Of a stretch of DNA of 64,000 nt, positions 1-9,074 are shown piece after piece. The stretch covers positions 8,155-72,154 of the forward strand of contig CAZUJF010000002.1 of NCBI GenBank assembly GCA_964619955.1, in the 5' to 3' direction. A program made the position numbers and the translations under genes. The stretch comes from an uncultured Planctomycetales bacterium. GTDB taxonomy: Bacteria > Planctomycetota > MHYJ01 > JACPRB01. The notes under the pieces were generated by a model. The model made no database searches and was not told where the DNA came from. It was given only the letters and a program-made list of their open reading frames with translations. Each line of letters opens with the position of its first letter. Position 1 is the stretch's first letter.

Positions 1-240
1 CGGTTCGAGCGGTTTGAATCGATGAGCGCGGGCGGCCTGAAGGCCTGCGAGAAGTGCGGCAAAAAGAAGGCCAAGCGGATGATCGGGACGGGGGCGGGAC
101 TGATCTTCAAGGGCAGCGGCTTCTACATCACCGACTCGAAGAAGAAAAGCGGCACGCCGCCCCCGGAGTCCGGCGGCAAGGAGCCCGCCAAGACGGCTGC
201 CGTTTCCGATAAGAAGGAAAGCAAGGAGTCCAAGAAATGA
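1..240 (+). CDS. FmdB-family putative regulatory zinc-ribbon protein (5'-truncated at window edge)
   Basis: Frame 1 is open from base 1. The C-terminal CEKCGKK...RMIGTGAGLIFKGSGFYITDS matches the FmdB/zinc-ribbon family C-terminal CxxC box, followed by a Lys/Ser-rich tail. Confidence 0.7.
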   Translation, partial: RFERFESMSAGGLKACEKCGKKKAKRMIGTGAGLIFKGSGFYITDSKKKSGTPPPESGGKEPAKTAAVSDKKESKESKK

Positions 241-1589
241 GAGAGCTCAAAGGCGACTGGCGCGACCTCTTCAACGGCTTCATGGTCGCGCTGGACCTCC
301 GGAAGTGTTTCCTGGCGCTTCTGGGCATCTTCGTTTCGATCTTCCTCTGCGGCGGCCTGACGGTCGTGCTGGGCAACTCGCTCGACAAGGAGGCCGTGCA
401 GCCTCCCCAGGATCTCGTGCTGCACCACTGGTGGAAGACCCAGTGCCAGGCCTGGGACGTCATCTACGAGGGCGCGATCGAGCGGGCGGACGGCAAGGCG
501 GTGCTCGACGCCGCCGGCTTCCCCAAGCGGATCAAGACCTCCTGGGCGGTCCGCGCCGGCTACTCGGCGGCGTTCATCGTCCTGCTGCTGGCGATCTGGT
601 CGTACTTCGGCGGGGCGATCAGCCGCATCGCCGCCTACGAGATCGCCAAGGACGGGGAGCGGATCGAGACGCGGAAGGCGCTGCAGTTCGCGCGGAAGAA
701 GTTCTGGTCCTTCTTCTGGGCCCCGCTGATCTGCGTGATCGGCTTCCTCTTCTTCTCGTTGTGCAATTACGCGGGCGGCGTGGTCGCCAAGGTGCTGGAT
801 CTGGCGATGATCGGGGCGCCGCTGGCGGCGCTGCTGCTCCCGCTGGTGCTCCTGTCCGGGTTCATCATGACGCTGATCGCGGTGGGCACCGTGACGGGCC
901 TGCCGCTCTTCGCGCCGGCCGTCGCGGCCGAAGGCACCGACAGTTTCGACGCGGTGAGCCGCGGCTTCAGCTACGTCTACTCGCGCCCCTGGCACTACCT
1001 CTGGTACCAGGTCGTGAGCTCGGCGTACGGGTACGTCTGTTCCTCGTTCGTGATCCTCTTTGCGATCACGATGTGCTTCTTCGGCCTCAAATCCAGCGAG
1101 GAGGGCTTCCGGGTCTGCGGGCTCTGGGAGCGTCCGGCCGAGCAGAAGGCGGAGTTCAAGGACATCGCCAACGCCTCGTGGGCGCTGATCCTCTCGAAGG
1201 ATCACCAGGACTGCTCGATGTACGCGTGGGATGCGGCCTCGATCGCGAAGGCCCCGCATCCCTACGGCCGGCTGCAGGTGATGGCGAACAAGATCGTGGG
1301 CGTCAACCACAAGAGCGTGGGCGTCAGCGGCGGCGCGCACACGGTCGCGGGGTTCATCGTCACGCTCTGGCTCTCGGTCACGCTGGGCCTCTCGCTGGGC
1401 TACGTGGTGAGCTTCTTCTTCTCGCAGCAGACGCTGATCTACTACATCCTTCGCAAGAAGGTCGACGGCATCGAGATGAACGAGGTGTTCGAAGAGGAGG
1501 CCGCCGGGGCTTCCGGGGACGCCTCCAAGCCCCCCGCCGGGGTCACGCCCGCGGCGGAGGCCCCGAAGCCGCCGGAAGAGAAGAAGTAA
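237..1589 (+). CDS. polytopic integral membrane protein, unknown function
   Basis: 450-aa ORF with several long hydrophobic segments and a low-complexity Pro/Ala/Lys C-terminal tail. ATGA overlap with the upstream FmdB gene. Confidence 0.55.
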   Translation: MRELKGDWRDLFNGFMVALDLRKCFLALLGIFVSIFLCGGLTVVLGNSLDKEAVQPPQDLVLHHWWKTQCQAWDVIYEGAIERADGKAVLDAAGFPKRIKTSWAVRAGYSAAFIVLLLAIWSYFGGAISRIAAYEIAKDGERIETRKALQFARKKFWSFFWAPLICVIGFLFFSLCNYAGGVVAKVLDLAMIGAPLAALLLPLVLLSGFIMTLIAVGTVTGLPLFAPAVAAEGTDSFDAVSRGFSYVYSRPWHYLWYQVVSSAYGYVCSSFVILFAITMCFFGLKSSEEGFRVCGLWERPAEQKAEFKDIANASWALILSKDHQDCSMYAWDAASIAKAPHPYGRLQVMANKIVGVNHKSVGVSGGAHTVAGFIVTLWLSVTLGLSLGYVVSFFFSQQTLIYYILRKKVDGIEMNEVFEEEAAGASGDASKPPAGVTPAAEAPKPPEEKK

Positions 1590-2439
1590 ACACCGACCAG
1601 CGCTGGTGCAGGCGGATCCCGGCGAAGAAGACGACCGGGAACAGCAGCGCGGAGACGAGCACGTCCACCACGTAGTGGTAGCGCAGCACCATCGTCGCCA
1701 GGATGCAGCCCGACGAGGGCGCGAGCAGGAGCCAGAACGCGCCCCGGTGGTATTTCCACGCCGAGGCGATCACCAGGATCGACATGAGCGCGTGCCCGCT
1801 CGGGAAGGCGTCCGGCATCCTCCATTCGATCATCAGCAGCGTCCGATGCATCGCGCCGCCGATGAGCCATCCGTCCAGGGCGGCGGGCCGCCCGGGATAG
1901 AACCAGTGCGGGCCGATCGCGGGGACGAGCGGGTAGAGGAGGTAGGAGCCGAAGAGGCCCAGGAGGAGGATGGAGCTGTACTCGTTGAGGCGCTCGGGGT
2001 CCTTCTGCCGGTAGAGCACGGCGCCGAGCCCGACCATCGAGACGAAGTAGAACCAGTAGCAGAGGTGGAGGACGTCCACGACGGGGCCGGGGAAGCGGAG
2101 GAAGAGCGCGTCCACGTTGCCGAACAGCAGGCGGTCGACGTCGGCGAGGAGCCGGTCCCAGCGGGCGTCCTCGAAGGGCTGCAGGGACGGCACGAGGTAG
2201 TGGAGTTCGCGGAAGGCGGAGAGCACGACGACGAGGGGGTACCAGTGGCGGCAGAAGCGCCAGAGGGGACCGCCGAAGCGCCGGTGGGCGTGGAGGATCA
2301 GCGCGACCATGAGGACGACGGCGCCGTGGAAGGAGAGGTAGATCGCGGCGCCGGGCGGCCGGAAGAGCAGGACCACCAGGGTGAGGATCGCGATGTAGGC
2401 GAAGACGACGAGGTCGAACGCGTGGAGCTGTTTTCTCAC
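1543..2439 (-). CDS. PAP2-superfamily membrane phosphatase
   Basis: PAP2 motifs PSGH and RYHYVVDV in a multi-TM protein. GTG start overlaps the rsmE stop by 4 nt. Confidence 0.7.
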   Translation of the reverse strand: MRKQLHAFDLVVFAYIAILTLVVLLFRPPGAAIYLSFHGAVVLMVALILHAHRRFGGPLWRFCRHWYPLVVVLSAFRELHYLVPSLQPFEDARWDRLLADVDRLLFGNVDALFLRFPGPVVDVLHLCYWFYFVSMVGLGAVLYRQKDPERLNEYSSILLLGLFGSYLLYPLVPAIGPHWFYPGRPAALDGWLIGGAMHRTLLMIEWRMPDAFPSGHALMSILVIASAWKYHRGAFWLLLAPSSGCILATMVLRYHYVVDVLVSALLFPVVFFAGIRLHQRWSVFTSSLPAASGPPPRA

Positions 2440-3065
2440 GCGAGCAGCCTCGCGGCGGCGACGACGGCGGCGGTCTCGATGCGGAGGATCGTGGGGCCCA
2501 GCGAGAAGGTCCGGGGGAAGCGGGCCTCCTCGGCGGGGGTGAGGCCGCCCTCGGGGCCGATGACGAGCAGGCCGGGTCCGGAGGGGGCCGGCCCGGAGGC
2601 CGCGGGCGAGGCGAGTTGGGCGTCCCCGGGAAGTTCCGCGACCGGGCGTTCCGGGGCGATGCTCATGACGGGGGCCCCGGACTGCTTGGCGGCGGCGACG
2701 GCGATCTTCTCGAGGCGCCGCTGTTTGCCGCCGCCGAGCTCCGCGACGCTGCGGGCGAAGCGGACGGGGATGAATTCGGCGACGCCCAGCTCGGCGAGTT
2801 TCTCGATCATCCAGTCGAGGCGGGCGCCCTTGGGCACGGCGGCGGCGACGACGACCCTCGGCAGCCGGGGTCTTGCGAGCTGCTCCAGGAGCCGGATGCG
2901 GACGGCGCCGGCGACGGATTCGATCTCCCCGGACCAGGTCTCGACCGGGTCGAACACGACGACGCGGTCCCCGGGCTGGAGGCGGAGGGTCTTGACGGCA
3001 TGGCGGGACTCTTCGGGGGAGAGGACGGCCGGGTGGCTGATCTTCTCGACGAAAAACCGGGGCAT
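2436..3065 (-). CDS. rsmE: 16S rRNA (uracil1498-N3)-methyltransferase RsmE
   Basis: 209-aa product MPRFFVEKI...GPEGGLTPAEE...TILRIETAAV is typical RsmE. The rest of the 566-aa track ORF is a spurious upstream extension; the start is within +/-1 nt. Confidence 0.85.
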   Translation of the reverse strand: MPRFFVEKISHPAVLSPEESRHAVKTLRLQPGDRVVVFDPVETWSGEIESVAGAVRIRLLEQLARPRLPRVVVAAAVPKGARLDWMIEKLAELGVAEFIPVRFARSVAELGGGKQRRLEKIAVAAAKQSGAPVMSIAPERPVAELPGDAQLASPAASGPAPSGPGLLVIGPEGGLTPAEEARFPRTFSLGPTILRIETAAVVAAARLLA

Positions 3066-3170
3066 GAGGCCCGGATTGTAGCCGTTGCAGGCGGATAGAG
3101 CCGAAAAAAACAGCCTGTCTGCTTTTTCTGACCGCTTGCGCGGGGGCGGAGGGAGGGGGATACTGGAGGG

Positions 3171-4115
3171 GTGGGGAAGGCCGCGGGACTCCGGATCGTC
3201 GAGAACGTCGAACGGGCGGTGCTCGGGAAGCGCAGCCTCATCGAAACCGCCGTCGCCGCCCTGCTCGCCCGCGGCCACGTCCTGCTGGAGGACGTGCCCG
3301 GCGTCGGCAAGACCCTGCTCGCCCGCGCCCTCGCCCGCTCCATCGGCGCCGAGTTCCGCCGCATCCAATGCACCCCCGACCTCCTGCCCTCCGACGTCAG
3401 CGGCGTCTCCGTCTTCAACCCCCGGGACCAGACCTTCGAGTTCCGGCGCGGACCCGTCTTCACCCAGATCCTTCTCGCCGACGAGATCAACCGCGCCACC
3501 CCCCGCACCCAGTCCGCCCTCCTCGAAGCCATGGAGGAGCGCCAGGTCAGCATCGACGGGACCACGCACCCCCTGCCCGACCCCTTCTTCCTCGTCGCCA
3601 CCCAGAACCCCGTCGAACTCGCCGGGACCTTCCCCCTCCCCGAAGCCCAGCTCGACCGCTTCCTCGTCCGCCTCTCCATCGGCTATCCCGACGACGCCGT
3701 CGAAGTCGAGATCCTCGCCGCCCAGAAGGACGGCGCCCCGCTCGAAGCCCTCGCCCCCGTCGTCGACGCGGCCGGCCTCATCGAACTGCAGAAGACGGCC
3801 GCGCGCACCTACGTCCACCGCTCCATCCTGGGCTACATCCAGCGCCTCGTCGCCTGCACCCGCCTGGACGACCACGCCCAGTTCGGCGCCAGCCCCCGCG
3901 GCGGCCTCTCCCTCATGCGCGCCGCCCAGGCCCTCGCCTATCTCCAGGACGCCCCCTTCGTGACGCCCGATCACGTCAAAGCCCTCGCCGTCCCCGTCCT
4001 CGCCCACCGCATCGTCGTGAAATCCCGCTCCCGGGTGCAGGGCGTCGCCGGGGCCCGCATCGTCGACAACGCCCTCCAGGAAACGGAAGTCCCCGTCGAT
4101 TACGAGCCGGTCTGA
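3171..4115 (+). CDS. MoxR-family AAA+ ATPase
   Basis: Walker A DVPGVGKT, LADEINRA and the C-terminal MoxR-type motifs. 314 aa. Confidence 0.9.
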   Translation: MGKAAGLRIVENVERAVLGKRSLIETAVAALLARGHVLLEDVPGVGKTLLARALARSIGAEFRRIQCTPDLLPSDVSGVSVFNPRDQTFEFRRGPVFTQILLADEINRATPRTQSALLEAMEERQVSIDGTTHPLPDPFFLVATQNPVELAGTFPLPEAQLDRFLVRLSIGYPDDAVEVEILAAQKDGAPLEALAPVVDAAGLIELQKTAARTYVHRSILGYIQRLVACTRLDDHAQFGASPRGGLSLMRAAQALAYLQDAPFVTPDHVKALAVPVLAHRIVVKSRSRVQGVAGARIVDNALQETEVPVDYEPV

Positions 4116-4116
4116 C

Positions 4117-5379
4117 GTGGAACCCGCGCGGTCCACGCTCTACCGCAGCTTCCTGCTGATCGCGACCGGGTCCCTCCTCCTGCTTTCCGCCCTGCTCCGG
4201 CTGCCCGCCCTGGCCGCCCTCTCGTTCGCCTGGGGGCTCCTGCTTCTGCTCGCGCCCCTCCGCGCCCGCCGCCCCCTCGGCGGGATCTCCGTCCGCCGCG
4301 ACTTCACCCCCGGCGCCTCCGAAAACGACACGGTGGCGGTCGACCTCGTCCTCGAAAGCACCCGTCCCGTCCGCATGATCGAGATCGGCGACCGCTTCGG
4401 CCCCGCCCTCGCCGCCGAGCAGCGCATGCTCGAGCCCGGGCCCCTCGGCCCCGGACTCGGCCGCCGCCTGCAGTACGAATGCTTCTGCTCCCGCCAGTGG
4501 GGCCTCTACACCGTGGGGCCCGTCACGCTCGTCAGCACGGACCCCGCCGGCCTCTTCCCCGCGTCGCGCGTCCTCCCCGTCGCGGAGGAGTTCGCCGTCT
4601 TCCCCCGCGTTTATCCCGTGAACGCGCTCGCCACCCTGGGCGCCCGGGCGTCGCTCTCCCCCTCCGAAACCGCCGCCGGCCGGCCCGGCCAGAGCCCGCT
4701 CTTCCTCGGCGTCCGGGACTACCGCCCCGGCGACGACCTGCGGCACGTCCACTGGCCCGCCAGCGCCCGGCGCGGCGCCCCCGTCAGCAAGGTCTACGAG
4801 GTCGACCTCACCCCCTACACCACCGTGCTGCTGGACCTCGACCGCCGCCATCGCGCGGGCACCGGCCGCAAATCGACGCTCGAATACGTGGTCCGCAGCG
4901 CCGCGTCGGTGATCTCGTCCGCCGTCTCGGAGGGCGGCTTCGTCCAGGCGGCGGGACAGGGCGCGCGGACCCTGCACGTCCCCCCCGGGAGGGGCGACGG
5001 GCATTTCACCCTCGCGCTGTACGAGCTGCTGAAAGCCGCCCAGGACGGAAACGCCCCCTTCCACGAGGTGGCCGCCGTCCACCTCCCGCAGATCCCCGCG
5101 GGCTCGACGGTGGTCTTCGTCTCGGGGACCGTGTTCCTGGACCTGGGCCCCTGGGGCGATCTGATCGAGGTCCTGAGGAGCCGCGGCTCCCGGCTCCTCT
5201 TCCTGCTCGTGAACAACTTCTCCTTCCCGCCGATCTCCGGCTGGCCGCCGCCGCGGGCCGAAGTCGTCGAACGCATGCGCGAGGCGGTGTTCTTCCTCGA
5301 GTCCCGCGGCGCCCGCGTGCAGGTTCTGGAGGACGCCGAGGATCTGGGAGCGGCGCTCGAGCGCGGGGGGCCCGCATGA
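4117..5379 (+). CDS. DUF58 domain protein (MoxR partner; vWA-like)
   Basis: DUF58 hallmark RDYRPGDDLRHVHW. Immediately follows the MoxR gene. Confidence 0.8.
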   Translation: MEPARSTLYRSFLLIATGSLLLLSALLRLPALAALSFAWGLLLLLAPLRARRPLGGISVRRDFTPGASENDTVAVDLVLESTRPVRMIEIGDRFGPALAAEQRMLEPGPLGPGLGRRLQYECFCSRQWGLYTVGPVTLVSTDPAGLFPASRVLPVAEEFAVFPRVYPVNALATLGARASLSPSETAAGRPGQSPLFLGVRDYRPGDDLRHVHWPASARRGAPVSKVYEVDLTPYTTVLLDLDRRHRAGTGRKSTLEYVVRSAASVISSAVSEGGFVQAAGQGARTLHVPPGRGDGHFTLALYELLKAAQDGNAPFHEVAAVHLPQIPAGSTVVFVSGTVFLDLGPWGDLIEVLRSRGSRLLFLLVNNFSFPPISGWPPPRAEVVERMREAVFFLESRGARVQVLEDAEDLGAALERGGPA

Positions 5380-6524
5380 GACGCCTGCCGCTCGCCTTCC
5401 TGCGGGCCCGCCTGGTGGCGGTCTTCCTGATCTCGCTCGCGGCCGTCGAATCCTCCCTGCTCGCCTGGGCCCCCTCCCGCCTCTCGGATCCGTTGCTGCT
5501 CGTGGGCCAGCCGCTCGCCCTGGCGCTTGCGGCCGTGTTCGGCGCCCTGCTTTTCGAGCGTCTGGCGGGACTCCTGGAGCGGGCGGGGCGGGACCGCATC
5601 CGCTTCGTCATCGGGGCCTGCTACGGGACGCTGCTGCTCCTGGTCGGCATGGGGTGGATCGCCGGCAGCCGGGATTCCATAGAAGCCGGCGGTTCGATCT
5701 TCCGTCTGCTCCAGCCGGTGGCCCTTCTGACGGCGGGGCTGGGCCGCGCGTACCTCGGCACCCTCCTCAATGCGTTCATTCTGACCGTGTATGCCGCGCT
5801 GGCCGGAGGGCCCGCCGCGACGGCCGCCCTGGCGCTTCACGGCGGACTCGTGGTGTTCTTCCTGGTGGCCGACTTCGCCGCCCGGCGCTTCTCGGAGTAT
5901 CCGGTCCAGGAGATCCCCCGCGCCTGGCCGCTCCTGCGGGAGGGGACCGGGTGGGCGGCGGCCGCGGGGCTCGGGCTCCTGGGTTTCTGCCTCTGGGTTC
6001 CCCCCCTTCCCTACGAGCCCCTGTCCCGGACGGGGGCGGTGCCCGCGCTGCCCCCCAGCCAGGTGCTGGACCTGCTGCTCAACGTCCTGGGCGCCTGTCT
6101 CATCGGGGCGGCGGCCTTCTGGGTGGCGCTGCGCTGGGGACTGGGCGGCGCCCGCGACGGCGTGACCGAGGACGTCGACCGGCTGGCTTCCCGCAGCCGG
6201 GCCGAACAGCTCCGGACGCCGCCTTCCGCGCCGCCCGCGGAAGGGAACAGCGGCTGGCGGGGCCGGATCGTGCGCTATTACCTGGATCTGCTGGCCCGGC
6301 TGGCGCGCCGGGGGCTCCGCCGTCCGCCCTCCCTGACGCCCCGCGAATTCGCCCTGCGGCTGGAACCGAGGGCCTCCTCCGAGCAGCTCGCCGAACTCTT
6401 CGCCCGGGCCCGCTGGGGGGCCGAGGAGCCCGGCGAGCAGGACTTCGAGGCCGCCCGGAAGGCCGGGGAGGCCCTGCTGGACCCGCCGCGGGGCGGGAAC
6501 CCCCGGGGGGGGGCTGTCGTATAG
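5376..6524 (+). CDS. DUF4129-like membrane protein (third gene of the MoxR operon)
   Basis: ATG at 5376 overlaps the DUF58 stop. Multi-TM N-terminal half and a C-terminal TPREFALRL...ELFARARWG segment typical of DUF4129. Confidence 0.65.
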   Translation: MRRLPLAFLRARLVAVFLISLAAVESSLLAWAPSRLSDPLLLVGQPLALALAAVFGALLFERLAGLLERAGRDRIRFVIGACYGTLLLLVGMGWIAGSRDSIEAGGSIFRLLQPVALLTAGLGRAYLGTLLNAFILTVYAALAGGPAATAALALHGGLVVFFLVADFAARRFSEYPVQEIPRAWPLLREGTGWAAAAGLGLLGFCLWVPPLPYEPLSRTGAVPALPPSQVLDLLLNVLGACLIGAAAFWVALRWGLGGARDGVTEDVDRLASRSRAEQLRTPPSAPPAEGNSGWRGRIVRYYLDLLARLARRGLRRPPSLTPREFALRLEPRASSEQLAELFARARWGAEEPGEQDFEAARKAGEALLDPPRGGNPRGGAVV

Positions 6525-6611
6525 GGCTTCTAGGATTCCCTCCCGACTCGAGTTACACTTTCAGGAGGGCGGGGGGATCCCGATTCCCGGAGGGGTGAGG
6601 ACGTACCATAG

Positions 6612-7394
6612 GTGAGTATGAACGTGAAGCCGCTGCCGCTGTCCCTGGGCCTGGGGCTCCTGCTCGCCCTCCCGGCCGCCGCCGACGAGGTCCACCTCCG
6701 CAACGGAGCGGTCTTCACCGGCGTCGTGCGGGAGGACGGCGCCCGCGTCAGGGTCGAGATGGACTCCGGCTCGATGTCCTTCCTCAAGATCGATGTCCGG
6801 GAGATCGTGCGTTCCGACGACCCCCTGAAGGAATTCGAGACGCGCCGCCGCTCGGCGACCGATGCCAAGGCGTCGTACGAGCTGGCCCTCTGGGCCCGCG
6901 AACGGGGGCTGACGACGCGTTCCCAGGAGCAGCTCCGCAAGGTGATCGAGCTGGATCCCCAGCACGAAGGGGCCCGGAAGCTGCTGGGCTTTGAAAGGAT
7001 CGGGGAACGCTGGCTGGACGGGGAGGAGCTCCTCGCGGCGCGCGGGCTGATCCGGCACCACGGCCGCTGGCTGCCCCGCGAGACGGTCGAGCGGTTCAAG
7101 GAGCAGGAGAAGGAGCTCATCATCGAATCCGACCGGCGCGCGACCGAGGAGAAACTCGCCTCGATGCGCCGGGAGGTCGACCTGGCGAAAATCGCGCTGG
7201 AACGGGAGCGCCTGGATCTTGAGAAGCAGCGCGAGCGGGAGACGCAGTGGTCCTGGTGGGGTCCCGCGCCGCTGTACAACGTCCCCGTGTACCGGCCGCC
7301 CGCGGCGTCCGGACCGATCCGGATCACCTCGAGTTACACGACGACGACCCCGCCCGCCCCGGTGCGTCCCCCGGCGGGAACTTTGAAGCCCTGA
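6612..7394 (+). CDS. secreted hypothetical protein with charged coiled-coil C-terminal half
   Basis: Signal-peptide-like LPLSLGLGLLLALPAAA, then an ELIIESDRRATEEKLASMRREVDLAKIALERERLDLEKQRE coiled coil. The true start may be the ATG 6 nt downstream. Confidence 0.55.
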   Translation: MSMNVKPLPLSLGLGLLLALPAAADEVHLRNGAVFTGVVREDGARVRVEMDSGSMSFLKIDVREIVRSDDPLKEFETRRRSATDAKASYELALWARERGLTTRSQEQLRKVIELDPQHEGARKLLGFERIGERWLDGEELLAARGLIRHHGRWLPRETVERFKEQEKELIIESDRRATEEKLASMRREVDLAKIALERERLDLEKQRERETQWSWWGPAPLYNVPVYRPPAASGPIRITSSYTTTTPPAPVRPPAGTLKP

Positions 7395-7447
7395 TGTTTG
7401 GTTGGTGACCCCGAGCGGGAAGAGTAGATATCGAATCGGAGCTGCGT

Positions 7448-8200
7448 ATGGCCTGGAAGACACTGATCGTGGCGCTGGCGCTGACCCTCCCCGTCTGGTC
7501 CCAGGAGGACGAGAAGAAGAAGGAGGAGGAGGCCAAGGCGAAGATCGCCGAGTTCAAGAAGGAGCTCAAGGGCGCGAAGTCGGACGCCGACGTCGCCAAG
7601 GCGATCGAGAAGCTGGGCGAGCTGCAGCATCCGAAGATCGTGTCGGAGCTGAAGATCTTCCTCGGGAAGAGCATCGAAATGGCCTCCGCCGCGGGCGAGC
7701 AGCTCGGGAAATACAAGAAGGACAAGGATGCGGCGGAGGCGCTGATGAGCAGCGCGGGGGTCCGGAAGGACAAGGAAGGCATCGTGAAGTGCCTCCGCTA
7801 CGCGGGCGACACCGCCTTCAAGGGGATCGCCCCGAAGCTGGTCGGGTATTTCAAGCACCGCGAGGTGGACGTGGCCAAGGAGGCCATCGACTCCCTCGCC
7901 AAGATCCGGACGGCCGCGTCGATCGACCCGCTCATCAACCTCTGGAGGGAACTCGACGGCATCCGGGACGACCAGAAGGACAGCGGCGGCCTCGGGGGCG
8001 GCCTGGGCGGGGGCATCGGCGGCGCCGGCGGCGTGGGCGTCGGCAATTCCGTCCAGGAGGAGCAGCTCCGCCGGAAGGGCGACCTCACGGGGGCGGTGGA
8101 AGCCGCGCTCTCCAAGATCACGGGCGAAAGTTTCAAGAACGCCAAGGAGGCCGCCGAGTGGTGGCGGCGCGCCAAAGGCACGTTCAAGGATCCCGAATGA
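7448..8200 (+). CDS. secreted HEAT/armadillo-like repeat protein (paralog 1)
   Basis: Signal peptide, helical repeat segments, a Gly-rich GGLGGGLGGGIGGAGG linker, and a C-terminal EAAEWWRRAKGTFK motif shared with the next gene. Confidence 0.6.
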   Translation: MAWKTLIVALALTLPVWSQEDEKKKEEEAKAKIAEFKKELKGAKSDADVAKAIEKLGELQHPKIVSELKIFLGKSIEMASAAGEQLGKYKKDKDAAEALMSSAGVRKDKEGIVKCLRYAGDTAFKGIAPKLVGYFKHREVDVAKEAIDSLAKIRTAASIDPLINLWRELDGIRDDQKDSGGLGGGLGGGIGGAGGVGVGNSVQEEQLRRKGDLTGAVEAALSKITGESFKNAKEAAEWWRRAKGTFKDPE

Positions 8201-8276
8201 CCCCGGTCCGGGTCCCGGACGTTAGAAAGGGACCGGTGGCGGTTACACAGGTGTAGTGGAGTCATAGGAGAATCGG

Positions 8277-9005
8277 ATGCGCAACATGTCATTTGTCCTG
8301 GCCCTCTGCCTGTCGCCCCTGGCGGCCTTCGCCGGCGACGAGAAGGAGCTCGAGGAAGCCCTCGATCGTTTCAAGAAGGGGATGTCCAATCCCTCGGGTC
8401 CCGCCCGGGCGGCCGCCGTGGCCGAACTGGCCAAGACGCCGCATGAGAAGACCGCGGCCCGTCTCGGCAACCTGCTGGGGGCCGACGTGCCCGCCGTCCG
8501 CAAGGCGGCGGCCCAGGGGCTGGGCGGCTTCAAGGACTACAAGAAGGTGGCCGTTCCGATGCTGATCGGCAGCATCGGTCCCAATATCAAGGAGCCCGAG
8601 GTCGTGGAGGCCATCTTCCAGGGGCTCGGCGAGCTCAACGACGAATCCGCCCTGTTCACGGCCCACCGCTATTTCGAGGACAAGGAGGCGAAGATCGCCT
8701 CCGCCGCCCTGCTCGCGGCCGGCAAGATCGCCGGCAGCCACAAGATCCCCGGCACGGTCGATCTCATCCTCGACCTCATGAAGAAGTACGACAAGATCGA
8801 CAGCCAGAAGGACGGGGGCGGCGCCTACGGCACGAACATTCCCGGAGGCGGCGACGATCCCAAGCGGAAGCTCGCGAAGGACGTGCTGCCCAACGTCATC
8901 AAGGCGATGCAGATCGTCGCCAAGGAGAAGTACACCACGTACAAGGAGTGGCAGATCTGGTGGAACAAGTACAAGCCCACCTTCAAGCCCGAGAAGCCTG
9001 AATAG
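8277..9005 (+). CDS. secreted HEAT/armadillo-like repeat protein (paralog 2)
   Basis: Same architecture as the 7448 gene: signal peptide, Gly-rich GGGAYG...GGGDD linker and a C-terminal EWQIWWNKYKPTFK motif. Confidence 0.6.
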   Translation: MRNMSFVLALCLSPLAAFAGDEKELEEALDRFKKGMSNPSGPARAAAVAELAKTPHEKTAARLGNLLGADVPAVRKAAAQGLGGFKDYKKVAVPMLIGSIGPNIKEPEVVEAIFQGLGELNDESALFTAHRYFEDKEAKIASAALLAAGKIAGSHKIPGTVDLILDLMKKYDKIDSQKDGGGAYGTNIPGGGDDPKRKLAKDVLPNVIKAMQIVAKEKYTTYKEWQIWWNKYKPTFKPEKPE

Positions 9006-9027
9006 ACCGCCCGAAGCGGAGAATCCG

Positions 9028-9071
9028 AAAGCCCGCCCGGGGGAAACGCCCCGGGCGGGCCTTCTTCGTTT
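9028..9071 (+). terminator. Rho-independent terminator candidate
   Basis: GCCCGCCCGGGGG-AAAC-GCCCCGGGCGGGC hairpin followed by CTTCTTCGTTT. Confidence 0.5.
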
Positions 9072-9074
9072 ATA

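Noticed and set aside
123-1340. Long ORFs of 405 aa, 827 aa (8289..10772), 661 aa (39794..41779), 1540 aa (41428..46050), 1079 aa (45692..48931), 844 aa (61340..63874) and many others, mostly on the opposite strand of recognisable genes.
   Set aside because: These are high-GC read-through artifacts. Their translations are low-complexity Arg/Ala/Gly/Pro-rich with no motifs, and each overlaps a gene with clear family hallmarks on the other strand or frame.
3066-4136. Upstream 357 aa of the 566-aa minus-strand track ORF that ends in RsmE.
   Set aside because: Only the last 209 aa (from MPRFFVEK) match RsmE. The upstream part overlaps the MoxR gene on the plus strand and is Gly/Asp/Ala low-complexity.
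7395-8277. Sigma-54 (-24/-12 TGGCAC-N5-TTGC) promoters near the NtrC-family regulator, the HEAT-repeat genes and the T6SS operon start.
   Set aside because: Only off-spacing partial matches were found, for example TGGTGACCCCGAGCG with an 11-nt GG-to-GC spacing and no TTGC. Nothing convincing enough to annotate.
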